Assembly (NCBI GenBank): GCA_003221005.1
Contig: QHTZ01000067.1
Span: 69,194-133,193 of the forward strand
Length of the DNA: 64,000 nucleotides
Direction: 5' to 3'
Source of the DNA: Gemmatimonadota bacterium
Lineage (GTDB): Bacteria; Gemmatimonadota; Gemmatimonadetes; Gemmatimonadales; GWC2-71-9
The notes beneath the pieces are model-generated. The model had not been told where the DNA came from and ran no database searches. It saw nothing but the letters and a program-made list of their open reading frames with translations. Positions 18,892 through 26,965 of the stretch are shown piece by piece; positions within the stretch are counted from its first letter, which is position 1; every line of letters begins with the position of its first letter. A program made the translations under genes and the position numbers.

Positions 18892-18984
18892 ATGCAGATC
18901 GTCGAGACGCAGGAGCTCGTGCCCACCTGTCATCGGCCTGAGGTCGTGGAGACGAGCGAGCTGCAGCCAACCTGTCACTCCTGA
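18892..18984 (+). CDS. Putative RiPP precursor peptide MQIVETQELVPTCHRPEVVETSELQPTCHS (30 aa)
   Basis: GGAGG 8 nt before the ATG. Two repeats differing at synonymous positions. First gene of an operon containing a DUF692 enzyme. Confidence 0.85.
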   Translation: MQIVETQELVPTCHRPEVVETSELQPTCHS

Positions 18985-18998
18985 CGCAGGGCGGCTGG

Positions 18999-20123
18999 AT
19001 GCAAGAGGGGGCCCGGACCGATTTCGGGCCCCTTTCGCGTTTCCTGGGCACGGAGGCGCGACTGGGGTTCGGGGGCTGGGCGGTGGGCGGCGCGGGCTGG
19101 GGGACGCCAGACGACACGCACGAGCGCGAGGCCGCGATCCGGCGCGCCGTCGAGCGGGGCGTCACGTTCTTCGACACCGCGCCGACGTACGGTGACGGCG
19201 AGTCCGAGCGACTGCTGGGCCGCGCGCTCGGAACCGTGCGCGAGCGGGTGGCGATCGCCACCAAGGTCGGCCCGCGCGACGATCCACGCGCCTCACTCGA
19301 AGCGTCGCTGCGCCGCCTCACCACGGACTGCGTGGACCTGGTGCAGCTGCACGAAGCGCTCGAACGGTGGGAATGGCAACTCGAAGCGCTCTATCGGCTG
19401 CAGCTCGAGGGAAAGGCCCTCGCGATCGGGCTCTGCAACGCCACTCACCTGCAGGTCGCGCGGGCGCTGACCATCGCTCCCCTGGCGACGTATCAGGGCA
19501 CCTACAACCTGTTCGATCGCGACGTAGAAGAGCGCGAGCTGCCACTGTGCCGCGAACGTGGCCTCGCGTTCCTGGCATTCCGGCCGCTCGCCGCAGGCCT
19601 GCTCACCGGCAAGTACCGGGAGCCTCCCGCCTTCCCGGACGATGACCACCGCCGCAAGGTCTATTGGTTCAAGGGGAAGGAGTTCGAGCGCCGCCAGCGG
19701 ACGATCGAGCGGCTGCGGCGCGTTGCGCGCCGGGAGGGCGTGTCGCTGCTCGAGCTCGCCCTGGGGTGGCTGCGCGCGCGGCCGGGGGTGAACATGGTCC
19801 TGGTGGGCGCGAGAAACCGGTCGCAGGTCGAGGAGGCGTTCGTCCCGGGCGTCGGGCCGCTGACAGCGGACACGGTGAACGAGATCGACCTCATAGTCCG
19901 CGAGGTCTTCCGCCCGGGCCGCGGCACGGCGCAACTCGAGCGGGCGGCCGCGACGTGGGGAGAGCGCGAGCGCTTCATCGCGGCGCGGCTCGACGGGAAG
20001 ACTCGCTACGAAGCGATCGCCGCCGAGTGGACCGACCGCGGCGAACAGCCGATGATCGCGGCGCAGATCAAGGTGTTCGTGGACCAGTTGGCTGAGCAAC
20101 GGTTGGTTGACGCCGACGGCTGA
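18999..20123 (+). CDS. Aldo-keto reductase with a C-terminal PqqD/RRE-like winged-helix extension
   Basis: AKR tetrad in FFDTAPTYG, IATK and VQLH. Extra ~60-aa tail RFIAARLDGKTRYEAIA..IKVFVDQLAEQRLV. Confidence 0.85.
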   Translation: MQEGARTDFGPLSRFLGTEARLGFGGWAVGGAGWGTPDDTHEREAAIRRAVERGVTFFDTAPTYGDGESERLLGRALGTVRERVAIATKVGPRDDPRASLEASLRRLTTDCVDLVQLHEALERWEWQLEALYRLQLEGKALAIGLCNATHLQVARALTIAPLATYQGTYNLFDRDVEERELPLCRERGLAFLAFRPLAAGLLTGKYREPPAFPDDDHRRKVYWFKGKEFERRQRTIERLRRVARREGVSLLELALGWLRARPGVNMVLVGARNRSQVEEAFVPGVGPLTADTVNEIDLIVREVFRPGRGTAQLERAAATWGERERFIAARLDGKTRYEAIAAEWTDRGEQPMIAAQIKVFVDQLAEQRLVDADG

Positions 20124-20129
20124 CCGCTG

Positions 20130-20915
20130 ATGGCTCTCATGGTCGGGGCGTTCTACAACCCTCAGCTCGGCGCTGAGCTCGCTGCGGCGAAGGGCATCGA
20201 CCACCTCGCCATGGCCGACCCGCCGGCAGCACACGATGCGCACTGGCCCACCATCCGCGAGCGCTACACGCTGCTGCTCCACGACTACCTCGGCCAGCTC
20301 TCCGAGCCGCTCGATGAACGCTCGATCGAGCGTGCCCGCTCCCTCGCTACGTTGTACCGCACACCGTGGATCGCCGAGCATTTCCAGTGCCTGCACACGG
20401 AAGACGGGCGCTACAACATCAACTACGTGTTCCCGCCGCTCTACACCGACGAGTTTCTGGAGCGTTTCGTCGCCAACGCACGCGCGCTCCAGGCGCGGCT
20501 CGAGCAGCCGCTCGTGATGGAGAACATCCCCGGCTTCTTCGACGTCAAGGCGAGCCAGCTCCCGGAGCCTGTCTGGCTCGCGCGTTTCTTCGACGCGACC
20601 GAGGTCGGCTTTCTGCTCGACCTGCCGCACGTTTGGCTCGAGGCCCACTACCGCGGCATGAAGCCTGAAGCGTGGCTCGCGCAATTCCCGCTCGAGCACG
20701 TAGTCGAGCTGCACGTGGCCGGCGTCGAGGAGGACGAGGACCTGCGAGGTCCCTGGATCGCGCCCACCGCCCCGTCGGAGGCCATGCTCGCGTTTCTGGC
20801 GCACGCCGTCACTCGCTGTCCCCGGGCCAAGGCTGTCACGTTCGACGCATTTTCGCCGTCGCTCACCGCCGACGTGCTGTTCCGGAGCGTTGAACGGATC
20901 CGGGGGGCGCTGTGA
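20130..20915 (+). CDS. DUF692-family multinuclear non-haem iron oxidative enzyme (MNIO), atypical
   Basis: LLLH, WIAEH, LVMEN, GFLLDLPH and VELHVAG appear in DUF692 order. Confidence 0.85.
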   Translation: MALMVGAFYNPQLGAELAAAKGIDHLAMADPPAAHDAHWPTIRERYTLLLHDYLGQLSEPLDERSIERARSLATLYRTPWIAEHFQCLHTEDGRYNINYVFPPLYTDEFLERFVANARALQARLEQPLVMENIPGFFDVKASQLPEPVWLARFFDATEVGFLLDLPHVWLEAHYRGMKPEAWLAQFPLEHVVELHVAGVEEDEDLRGPWIAPTAPSEAMLAFLAHAVTRCPRAKAVTFDAFSPSLTADVLFRSVERIRGAL

Positions 20916-21682
20916 CCGACCGGGCACTCCAGGACCTGGTGCTGCGCGCGCTGGCCGACGCCTCGTTCCGGGCGTCATCCGCCTGGCGGCAGCGTGCGCT
21001 CGCGGACCCCGCGAAGGTGGAGCGGTTCGCACGCTTCCTCGCGCGGCACTTCTACTACGAGCGGATCGTGCACTTCTTCAAGTACTCGGGGGCGCTGGCG
21101 CGTGTGACCGGCCGGCGACCAGAGGGGACGCTCCGCGGTGCCGAATTCGAAGCGCTGCTCCCCGTGGTCGTACTCGGCAGTCGGCAGACGGCTCGCGCGG
21201 TCGCCGATCTCGTCGTGCGCGAAGTGAAGGGCGGCGCCCCCGTGGCCTCGATCCCATATCGCGACGACTTGCTGCGCTACGAGGCGGCGATGATGGTCGC
21301 GGAGGCGGGGCCGAGGGTGTGGCGAGAGAACGGGAAGGGGGAAGAGGGAAGAGGAACGGGTGTCCCGGAAACCGCTGAAGGAACAGTGCTGCTGGATCTC
21401 GCCTACGACCTACCGGCGGTCCTGCCGCAGCTGCTCCAGCCGTGGACCGAGGTGCCGCAGGCGCCGCCGCGACCGGTGCGACTCCTCGTCGCGCGCTCGC
21501 CCCGCGGCCGGGTCGCGGTCGCTCGCACCGACAGCGCGGTGGCGCGCGTGGTCGAGCTCGCGGACGGCCGCCGCACCCTCGAAGAGCTCGCACGCGCGGC
21601 CGGGTTGCCGCGGAACGAGCTCGAGGCCACGCTCGCCGGGCTCACCGACCTCGGCGCCGTTCGCTTCGGGACGGGCAGCTGA
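20912..21682 (+). CDS. Putative MNIO partner protein (DUF2063-like N-terminus, C-terminal RRE-like winged helix)
   Basis: GTGA-coupled to the MNIO. Contains DLLRYE and a tail VELADGRRTLEELA..LAGLTDLGAV. Confidence 0.7.
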   Translation: MTDRALQDLVLRALADASFRASSAWRQRALADPAKVERFARFLARHFYYERIVHFFKYSGALARVTGRRPEGTLRGAEFEALLPVVVLGSRQTARAVADLVVREVKGGAPVASIPYRDDLLRYEAAMMVAEAGPRVWRENGKGEEGRGTGVPETAEGTVLLDLAYDLPAVLPQLLQPWTEVPQAPPRPVRLLVARSPRGRVAVARTDSAVARVVELADGRRTLEELARAAGLPRNELEATLAGLTDLGAVRFGTGS

Positions 21683-21693
21683 GCGCCGTGGCG

Positions 21694-22515
21694 TTACGCG
21701 GGCTTTCGCGCGCGCACGAACGCGCCCATGATCCTGCCGCTCACCTCGCGCGCCAGGACATCGACGTCGAGCCCGGCCCCAGCCAGCACGGCCCGCGCAT
21801 CCTCGAAGCTGTAGATCCGGGTCGGCTCGATCCCGACGTTTTCGAAGCCGTTCGCGCTAAGCAGCGCCTTGAACTCTTCCTCCTCGAGGGCGCCGGCCAC
21901 GCATCCCACCCACAGCTCCATGCTGCGGCGCACCTCACGCGGGATCTCCCCCCGCACCACGACGTCGGAGACGGCGAACCGGCCACCGGGCTTGAGCACG
22001 CGAAACGCCTCGGCCAGCACCCGCCGCTTATCGGCGGCGAGGTTGATGACGCAGTTCGAGATGATGACGTCCACCGACGCGTCCGGAAGAGGAATGCGCT
22101 CGATGTCCCCTTTCAAGAACTCGACGTTCTCGACCCCGGCCTTCCGCTGGTTTTCGCGCGCCAGGGCGAGCATCTCGTCGGTCATGTCGAGCCCGTACGC
22201 CTTGCCGGTCGGCCCCACGCGCCGGGCGGAGAGCAGCACGTCGATGCCCCCGCCGGAGCCGAGGTCGAGCACCACTTCTCCCGGGAGCAGCTCGGCGAGC
22301 GCAGTTGGGTTGCCGCAGCCGAGCGAAGCGAGCACGGCTTGCTCGGGGAGGGACGCGGTCTCAGCAGCCTCGTACAGGTTGGATGTGACGGGATCGCAGC
22401 CGCCGCTCGCTGCGGCGCCGCCGCAACACGAGCTTCCCTGCCCGTGCAGCACGCGCAGCGCCGCCTCTCCGTACTTCGCCCGTACGGTGTCCTTGATCAC
22501 GGTGTCGTCGGTCAT
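21694..22515 (-). CDS. arsM: Arsenite methyltransferase
   Basis: VRAKYG..SSCCG, SLGCGNP, LDLGSGGGID, ISNCVINL and LWVGCVAGAL. GGAGG RBS. Confidence 0.9.
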   Translation of the reverse strand: MTDDTVIKDTVRAKYGEAALRVLHGQGSSCCGGAAASGGCDPVTSNLYEAAETASLPEQAVLASLGCGNPTALAELLPGEVVLDLGSGGGIDVLLSARRVGPTGKAYGLDMTDEMLALARENQRKAGVENVEFLKGDIERIPLPDASVDVIISNCVINLAADKRRVLAEAFRVLKPGGRFAVSDVVVRGEIPREVRRSMELWVGCVAGALEEEEFKALLSANGFENVGIEPTRIYSFEDARAVLAGAGLDVDVLAREVSGRIMGAFVRARKPA

Positions 22516-22552
22516 CTGTCCTCCTGAACAAACGTCAATGGGTCAACCACGG

Positions 22553-22581
22553 TTGACAAGAGGGGTACCCCTGGCGATACT
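22553..22581 (+). promoter_or_regulatory. sigma70-type promoter for rpsU-csp
   Basis: TTGACA-N17-GATACT. The -35 overlaps the inverted repeat gtcaacc-ac-ggttgac (22542-22557). Confidence 0.7.
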
Positions 22582-22678
22582 GTGCGCGAGCGCAATGAAC
22601 CAGAGACTGTTCCGAGGACCTGGGCTTCGCCCGTGGTCCTCGTTCGTTTCTGGAGGCTTTCACTGGAAGCGAGGCCGC

Positions 22679-22876
22679 ATGCAGGTGACGCTGGGCGAGA
22701 ACGACCGACTGGACTTCGTCCTGAAGAAGTTTCGCCGTCAGATCGCCAAGGCCGGGCTGTTCCAGGACATGAAGCGCAAGCGCTTCTTCGAGGGCCCGCG
22801 CGCTCAGCGACGGCGGAAGGACAAGGCAGCGGCCCGCCGCAAGGCGAAATCCGCGCACCGTCGCGAACACCAATAA
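22679..22876 (+). CDS. rpsU: 30S ribosomal protein bS21
   Basis: [30 protein letters not shown]; 65 aa, basic. Confidence 0.85.
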   Translation: MQVTLGENDRLDFVLKKFRRQIAKAGLFQDMKRKRFFEGPRAQRRRKDKAAARRKAKSAHRREHQ

Positions 22877-22893
22877 GTAAGGAGTGGCATCAG

Positions 22894-23103
22894 ATGGCAC
22901 GCATCACCGGTACCGTGAAGTGGTTCAACGACGCGAAGGGCTTCGGCTTCATCACGCCCGAGAACGGCGAAAAGGACTGCTTCGTGCATCACACCGCGAT
23001 CCAGGCGGAAGGTTTCAAGACACTGGCTGAAGGTCAGCGCGTCGAGTTCGACGTCGTGCAGGGGCAAAAGGGCCCAGCGGCGCAGAACGTCGTCAAGCTC
23101 TAA
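22894..23103 (+). CDS. Cold-shock protein (CspA family)
   Basis: [19 protein letters not shown] and GQKGPAA. AAGGAG RBS. Confidence 0.97.
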   Translation: MARITGTVKWFNDAKGFGFITPENGEKDCFVHHTAIQAEGFKTLAEGQRVEFDVVQGQKGPAAQNVVKL

Positions 23104-23126
23104 GCCCGACCCGGTACCAGAAAACG

Positions 23127-23156
23127 AACGGCGCCATCCGTGAGGACGGCGCCGTT
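23127..23156. terminator. Hairpin terminator between convergent genes
   Basis: aacggcgcc..ggcgccgtt stem 23 nt after the csp stop. Confidence 0.7.
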
Positions 23157-23176
23157 GGTGCTTTAGGGAACAACCC

Positions 23177-24784
23177 CTAGCTCACCATCTGCGCGGTGGC
23201 ATGGGGGATGACCTTCAGGAACGCCGCCACGACGCGTTCGGACCACCACGCCCGGCAGTTCATGATCTCCTCGAGCGCGCGCTCCGCGCTCACGGCCGCA
23301 TGCTCCGTGCGCGAGTTTGTGAGCGAATCGTAGACATCCAGGATGCCGACGATCTGCGCGGACAGCGGGATCTCGTCTCCCTTGAGCCGATCGGGATACC
23401 CGCTCCCGTCGCAACGCTCATGATGCCAGCGGATGATGGGCTTCAGGTCCCACGGAAACTCGACGTTCCCGAGCAGCTCGATCCCCCAGATAGGATGCAT
23501 CTGCAAGAGTTCGCGCTCGGCGCGGGTGAGCGGCCCGGGCTTGTGGAGAATCTCGTGGGGGACGCGTACCTTGCCGACGTCATGGAGATAGGCGCCGAGC
23601 AGAATGGTCGTCTCCTCCTGGTCGTTTAGCCCGAGGGCCCGCGCCACGGCGACCGCGTTTTGCGCCACGCGCTCGCAATGACCGAACGTGCAGCCGTCGC
23701 TCGATTCGATCGACTGGCCCCACGCGCGCACCACCGCCAGATACGTGGCTTCGAGCTCGGCCAACTTGCCGCCTACGTAGACCAGGTCCGCTCGGGCGTC
23801 CAGTTGGCGGAATAGGCCGTGGGCAACGTTGAGCACCCCGAGCGCGTCCTGGTTCCGGCCCATCGCCTGATGCAGGATGGCCAATTCGCGGGAGGCCTCC
23901 GCCTCGCCGAGGACGGAGCCCGCCGCGACGGCCAGCTCGATCGCCGCCAGGAACCGCGCCTCCGCGAGCGCCGGACGGCCCGTCTCGCGGTACACCATCC
24001 CGAGCACCCGATAAGCCCCGGCCTTGGGCCCACGCGCCCCGAGGTGATCGAACACGGCGAGCGCTTCCTCGGCCTTCTGGCGCGCGTCCTCGAACCGCTG
24101 GCGCATCACGTCCACCTCGGCGTGATTGACGAGACAGAGTCCGCGCAGATGGAGGTCGCCGACCCGCTCGGCGAGGGACCGGGCCTCGCGGAAATAGCAG
24201 TCTGCCGCATGGAACCGTCCCCGATCCGCGCTCACCATCCCCAGGTTGTGGTACGCGATCGCGCACCCCTGCGCGTCACCGGAGCCGCGGTACGCCTCGA
24301 GGGACCGCTCGTAGCGCGCGATGGCCTCGCGCAGCTCGCCCTGGATGTTCGCGAGGATGCCGAGATTCTGCTCGACGCGAGCGCGCAGCTCCTTCCTCGA
24401 TCCGCCGAGCTCGAGCGCCTCGAGAAACGTCAGCCGGGCGTCCTCGACCTTCCCGGCAGCCAGGTGGAGGCCGCCCAACGTATTCAACGCTTCCGCGGCA
24501 AGTAGCTCGTTGCCGATCTGCCGCGCGATCTCGTAGCTCCTGCGGCACAACGCGTGGGCCTGACCGGACTCATTCCCGTGGTGCCTGAGGATCGCAAGCC
24601 GCCGCAGCGCTTCGGCCAGCACCGTGTGCTCCCCGGCCTGCTCCGCGGCGGCGATGGCGGATCCGAAGCGCGCAATCGCTTCGGGGATCCGTCCCGCGCG
24701 CTCCTGCTGCCGCGCCTCGTGCAGCAGGTCCGCGCTGCGACGCATCACGCCGAGGGAGCGGCGCGGGGTCGCCCGGTCGGACAC
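23177..24784 (-). CDS. TPR-repeat HD-GYP phosphodiesterase
   Basis: N-terminal TPRs, then GHCERVA, LHDVGK and HHERCDGSGYP. Start uncertain. Confidence 0.9.
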   Translation of the reverse strand: MSDRATPRRSLGVMRRSADLLHEARQQERAGRIPEAIARFGSAIAAAEQAGEHTVLAEALRRLAILRHHGNESGQAHALCRRSYEIARQIGNELLAAEALNTLGGLHLAAGKVEDARLTFLEALELGGSRKELRARVEQNLGILANIQGELREAIARYERSLEAYRGSGDAQGCAIAYHNLGMVSADRGRFHAADCYFREARSLAERVGDLHLRGLCLVNHAEVDVMRQRFEDARQKAEEALAVFDHLGARGPKAGAYRVLGMVYRETGRPALAEARFLAAIELAVAAGSVLGEAEASRELAILHQAMGRNQDALGVLNVAHGLFRQLDARADLVYVGGKLAELEATYLAVVRAWGQSIESSDGCTFGHCERVAQNAVAVARALGLNDQEETTILLGAYLHDVGKVRVPHEILHKPGPLTRAERELLQMHPIWGIELLGNVEFPWDLKPIIRWHHERCDGSGYPDRLKGDEIPLSAQIVGILDVYDSLTNSRTEHAAVSAERALEEIMNCRAWWSERVVAAFLKVIPHATAQMVS

Positions 24785-24791
24785 CCAGCCC

Positions 24792-25328
24792 TCACCAGGC
24801 GATGGCATAGTCGGAAAAGTGACTGAGGTTGGCGGTGACCGCCTGAGCCGACGGGTCGTCGACCGACGGTAGGTACTCCAGGATGGACCCGGAGGCGTTC
24901 AAGTAGGCGATCCGCTTCGCGGCGCTGATCGCGCTGCAGTTGGCGTAGCTCATGGTCAGCGACGCCGGCTGCTGGAACGTGAGGCCTTCAGGTTGGAAGA
25001 CGACCCGGTTGAGGGTGTCCGACGGCGCTACCGCCGTGATGCTTACGGAGTCGCTCAGGGCACCCGGCGGGACCGAGAGTGTCTGCCCCCCCACCACGAG
25101 CGCTCCGCCCGCGGGACCGATCGTCTGCGTGACCGAATCGGCGGCGATGGGGGAGCACCTGAGCAGGCCCGCGCTCTGCTGGGCGGTTTGCACCAGCGAG
25201 TCGAGGAGGTCTCCCTGTATCGTCGGCGCTCGGGCATTCACGCCGAGGGGCGAGCGATCTCCACAGCTCAGGACGAGCACGGTGGCACCGCCGAGCAGCG
25301 CGGAGCGCACGAAGGCAGGGACGTTCAT
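24792..25328 (-). CDS. Lipoprotein with a ZU5-like beta domain
   Basis: Lipobox VLSC, then IGPAGG..LSVPPGAL, FQPEGLTF and HFSDYAIAW. Confidence 0.65.
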   Translation of the reverse strand: MNVPAFVRSALLGGATVLVLSCGDRSPLGVNARAPTIQGDLLDSLVQTAQQSAGLLRCSPIAADSVTQTIGPAGGALVVGGQTLSVPPGALSDSVSITAVAPSDTLNRVVFQPEGLTFQQPASLTMSYANCSAISAAKRIAYLNASGSILEYLPSVDDPSAQAVTANLSHFSDYAIAW

Positions 25329-26281
25329 CGAATGGTTCTCCTGTTCTCAAGCACGAAGCCGGGCGGCGTGGTGCGCGGCACGGACGCGCCGTCACCCCCA
25401 GGCACCGCAGTCACCTCGAAGCGACGCACCCACGGGCAGTCCGGCTCCGCCTGGCCGACCCGCACGGCAGCCATCGCGCGAGCGAGCAGCTCGGCCGGAT
25501 CAATCGGCGAATAGCCCAGGTTGCCGACCGCGTCGTAGCCGGCGCGCAGCGTTGCCCCGGGAATGAGGACCGCCCCGCCAACGGTGTGGCAAAGGACGGT
25601 GCCGACCCGCTGCGCGAGCTTCACGGCACCAGCATGGTTGGTCGCGGGCGCGAGCAGTGCGAACTCGCTCGAGCTCATCACCCCGACCACGTCGGACAAT
25701 CGTGCGGCGTAAGCCAGGAGGGATCCGGCCTTGGGAACCGGGAGGTCGCTCGACAGCGCGAACACGACGCACGCCAGCGCCCCGTGCTCCCGGGCCATCA
25801 GCGCCCCGAGCTCCCGCGCCCGCCGGGCGAGCGCCGACCGACTGTGGAGGCCGGTCGCCGGGTCAACCAGACCTGCCGCCAACGCGACATCGACACTCCG
25901 CTTCGCCTGGACGTACGCTTCGAGATTGAGCGACAGCTCCCCGGCAGTGGGCGGAGCGCGGAGAAAGTCCCAGGCACCAGCGCGCAAGGCCGCCACGCGC
26001 TGCTCGGGTGTCGGTTTATCAGGAGCGACGATGAGGATCGGCACCGTTTGAGCCACTCGCGCATCGGCGTGCAGCAGCCGGCACGCGTCGATCCCCGACA
26101 TATCAGGAAGCTCAGCCTCGAGCAGGATGGCGTCCGGGGCGAACTCACGCGCGCGCTCGAGTACCTCCGCGCCCGTGTGCACCTCAGTCACCGCGTACTC
26201 ATTGCGGCCGAGCAGGGGCGCAAGAGAGTGCTCCGCGGCAGTCGCGATCAGGACGACGGGCGGTGCGCCGGTGGTGGCCAT
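25325..26281 (-). CDS. Pseudo-receiver plus degenerate GGDEF protein
   Basis: REC fold with Glu at the phospho-Asp position (ILLEAELP). VDPATGL present; SSSEF replaces GGDEF. Confidence 0.75.
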   Translation of the reverse strand: MATTGAPPVVLIATAAEHSLAPLLGRNEYAVTEVHTGAEVLERAREFAPDAILLEAELPDMSGIDACRLLHADARVAQTVPILIVAPDKPTPEQRVAALRAGAWDFLRAPPTAGELSLNLEAYVQAKRSVDVALAAGLVDPATGLHSRSALARRARELGALMAREHGALACVVFALSSDLPVPKAGSLLAYAARLSDVVGVMSSSEFALLAPATNHAGAVKLAQRVGTVLCHTVGGAVLIPGATLRAGYDAVGNLGYSPIDPAELLARAMAAVRVGQAEPDCPWVRRFEVTAVPGGDGASVPRTTPPGFVLENRRTIR

Positions 26282-26453
26282 AGGATCGTGTGGCCTCCCT
26301 GCAACGAGCGCGCCGCGCGCGCACAGCACGGGGAGCCTCAGGTTCGCGCGAGGGCGGCACCATTCTGAGGCCGGGGGTCGGTCGGCTTGCCTCAACTCGC
26401 GGCGCGCGGCGATTGCCGGGCGCTGCACGGTGTTGCGCGAGGGCCACAGCACG

Positions 26454-26960
26454 TCATGACTTCCGCCAAGGGTGCAATCTCGGAACCCAGCGCGGCACAT
26501 TGGCGCAGAACGCGTCGTATTCGGCGCCGAACGTCGCGCGCAACGTCGGCTCCTCGTACAGCAGGACAAAGCCGTGAAACGCGAGCCAGAGCAGCGCTGC
26601 ATACCCGAGCAGCGGAGCGCTGCCCAGCACCAGGCCCTGACCGACAATCAGCGCCACCAGAGCCACGTACATAGGGTTTCGGACGTAGCGATAGAAACCG
26701 CGGACGACCAGGTGGCGGGTGGGAAATACCGGTGCCGGCGTGCCGAGGCCTTCGAGCGCGAAGCGCCGGAATGCGTCCAGCAACACTGGAAGTCCGGCGG
26801 CGATTAGCGCGCCGCCGGCGATCCGGATCGCGGGGACACCCAACAGCGGCGCCTGTACGCGCCATCCCGAGATCCACCACGGCACGAGTCCGGCGACCGT
26901 GCCGGGCGCGATCACCAGGAACACCGCGGATCCCAGCACCGCGAACACGCGCCGCGTCAT
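26454..26960 (-). CDS. Isoprenylcysteine carboxyl methyltransferase/PEMT-family membrane protein
   Basis: GTPAP, LVVRGFYRYVRNPMY, YEEP..FGAEY and VPRW. Confidence 0.88.
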   Translation of the reverse strand: MTRRVFAVLGSAVFLVIAPGTVAGLVPWWISGWRVQAPLLGVPAIRIAGGALIAAGLPVLLDAFRRFALEGLGTPAPVFPTRHLVVRGFYRYVRNPMYVALVALIVGQGLVLGSAPLLGYAALLWLAFHGFVLLYEEPTLRATFGAEYDAFCANVPRWVPRLHPWRKS

Positions 26961-26965
26961 CGTCA

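Noticed and set aside
18982-18998. Selenocysteine read-through of the peptide's TGA
   Set aside because: No recognisable SECIS, and read-through is out of frame with the AKR.
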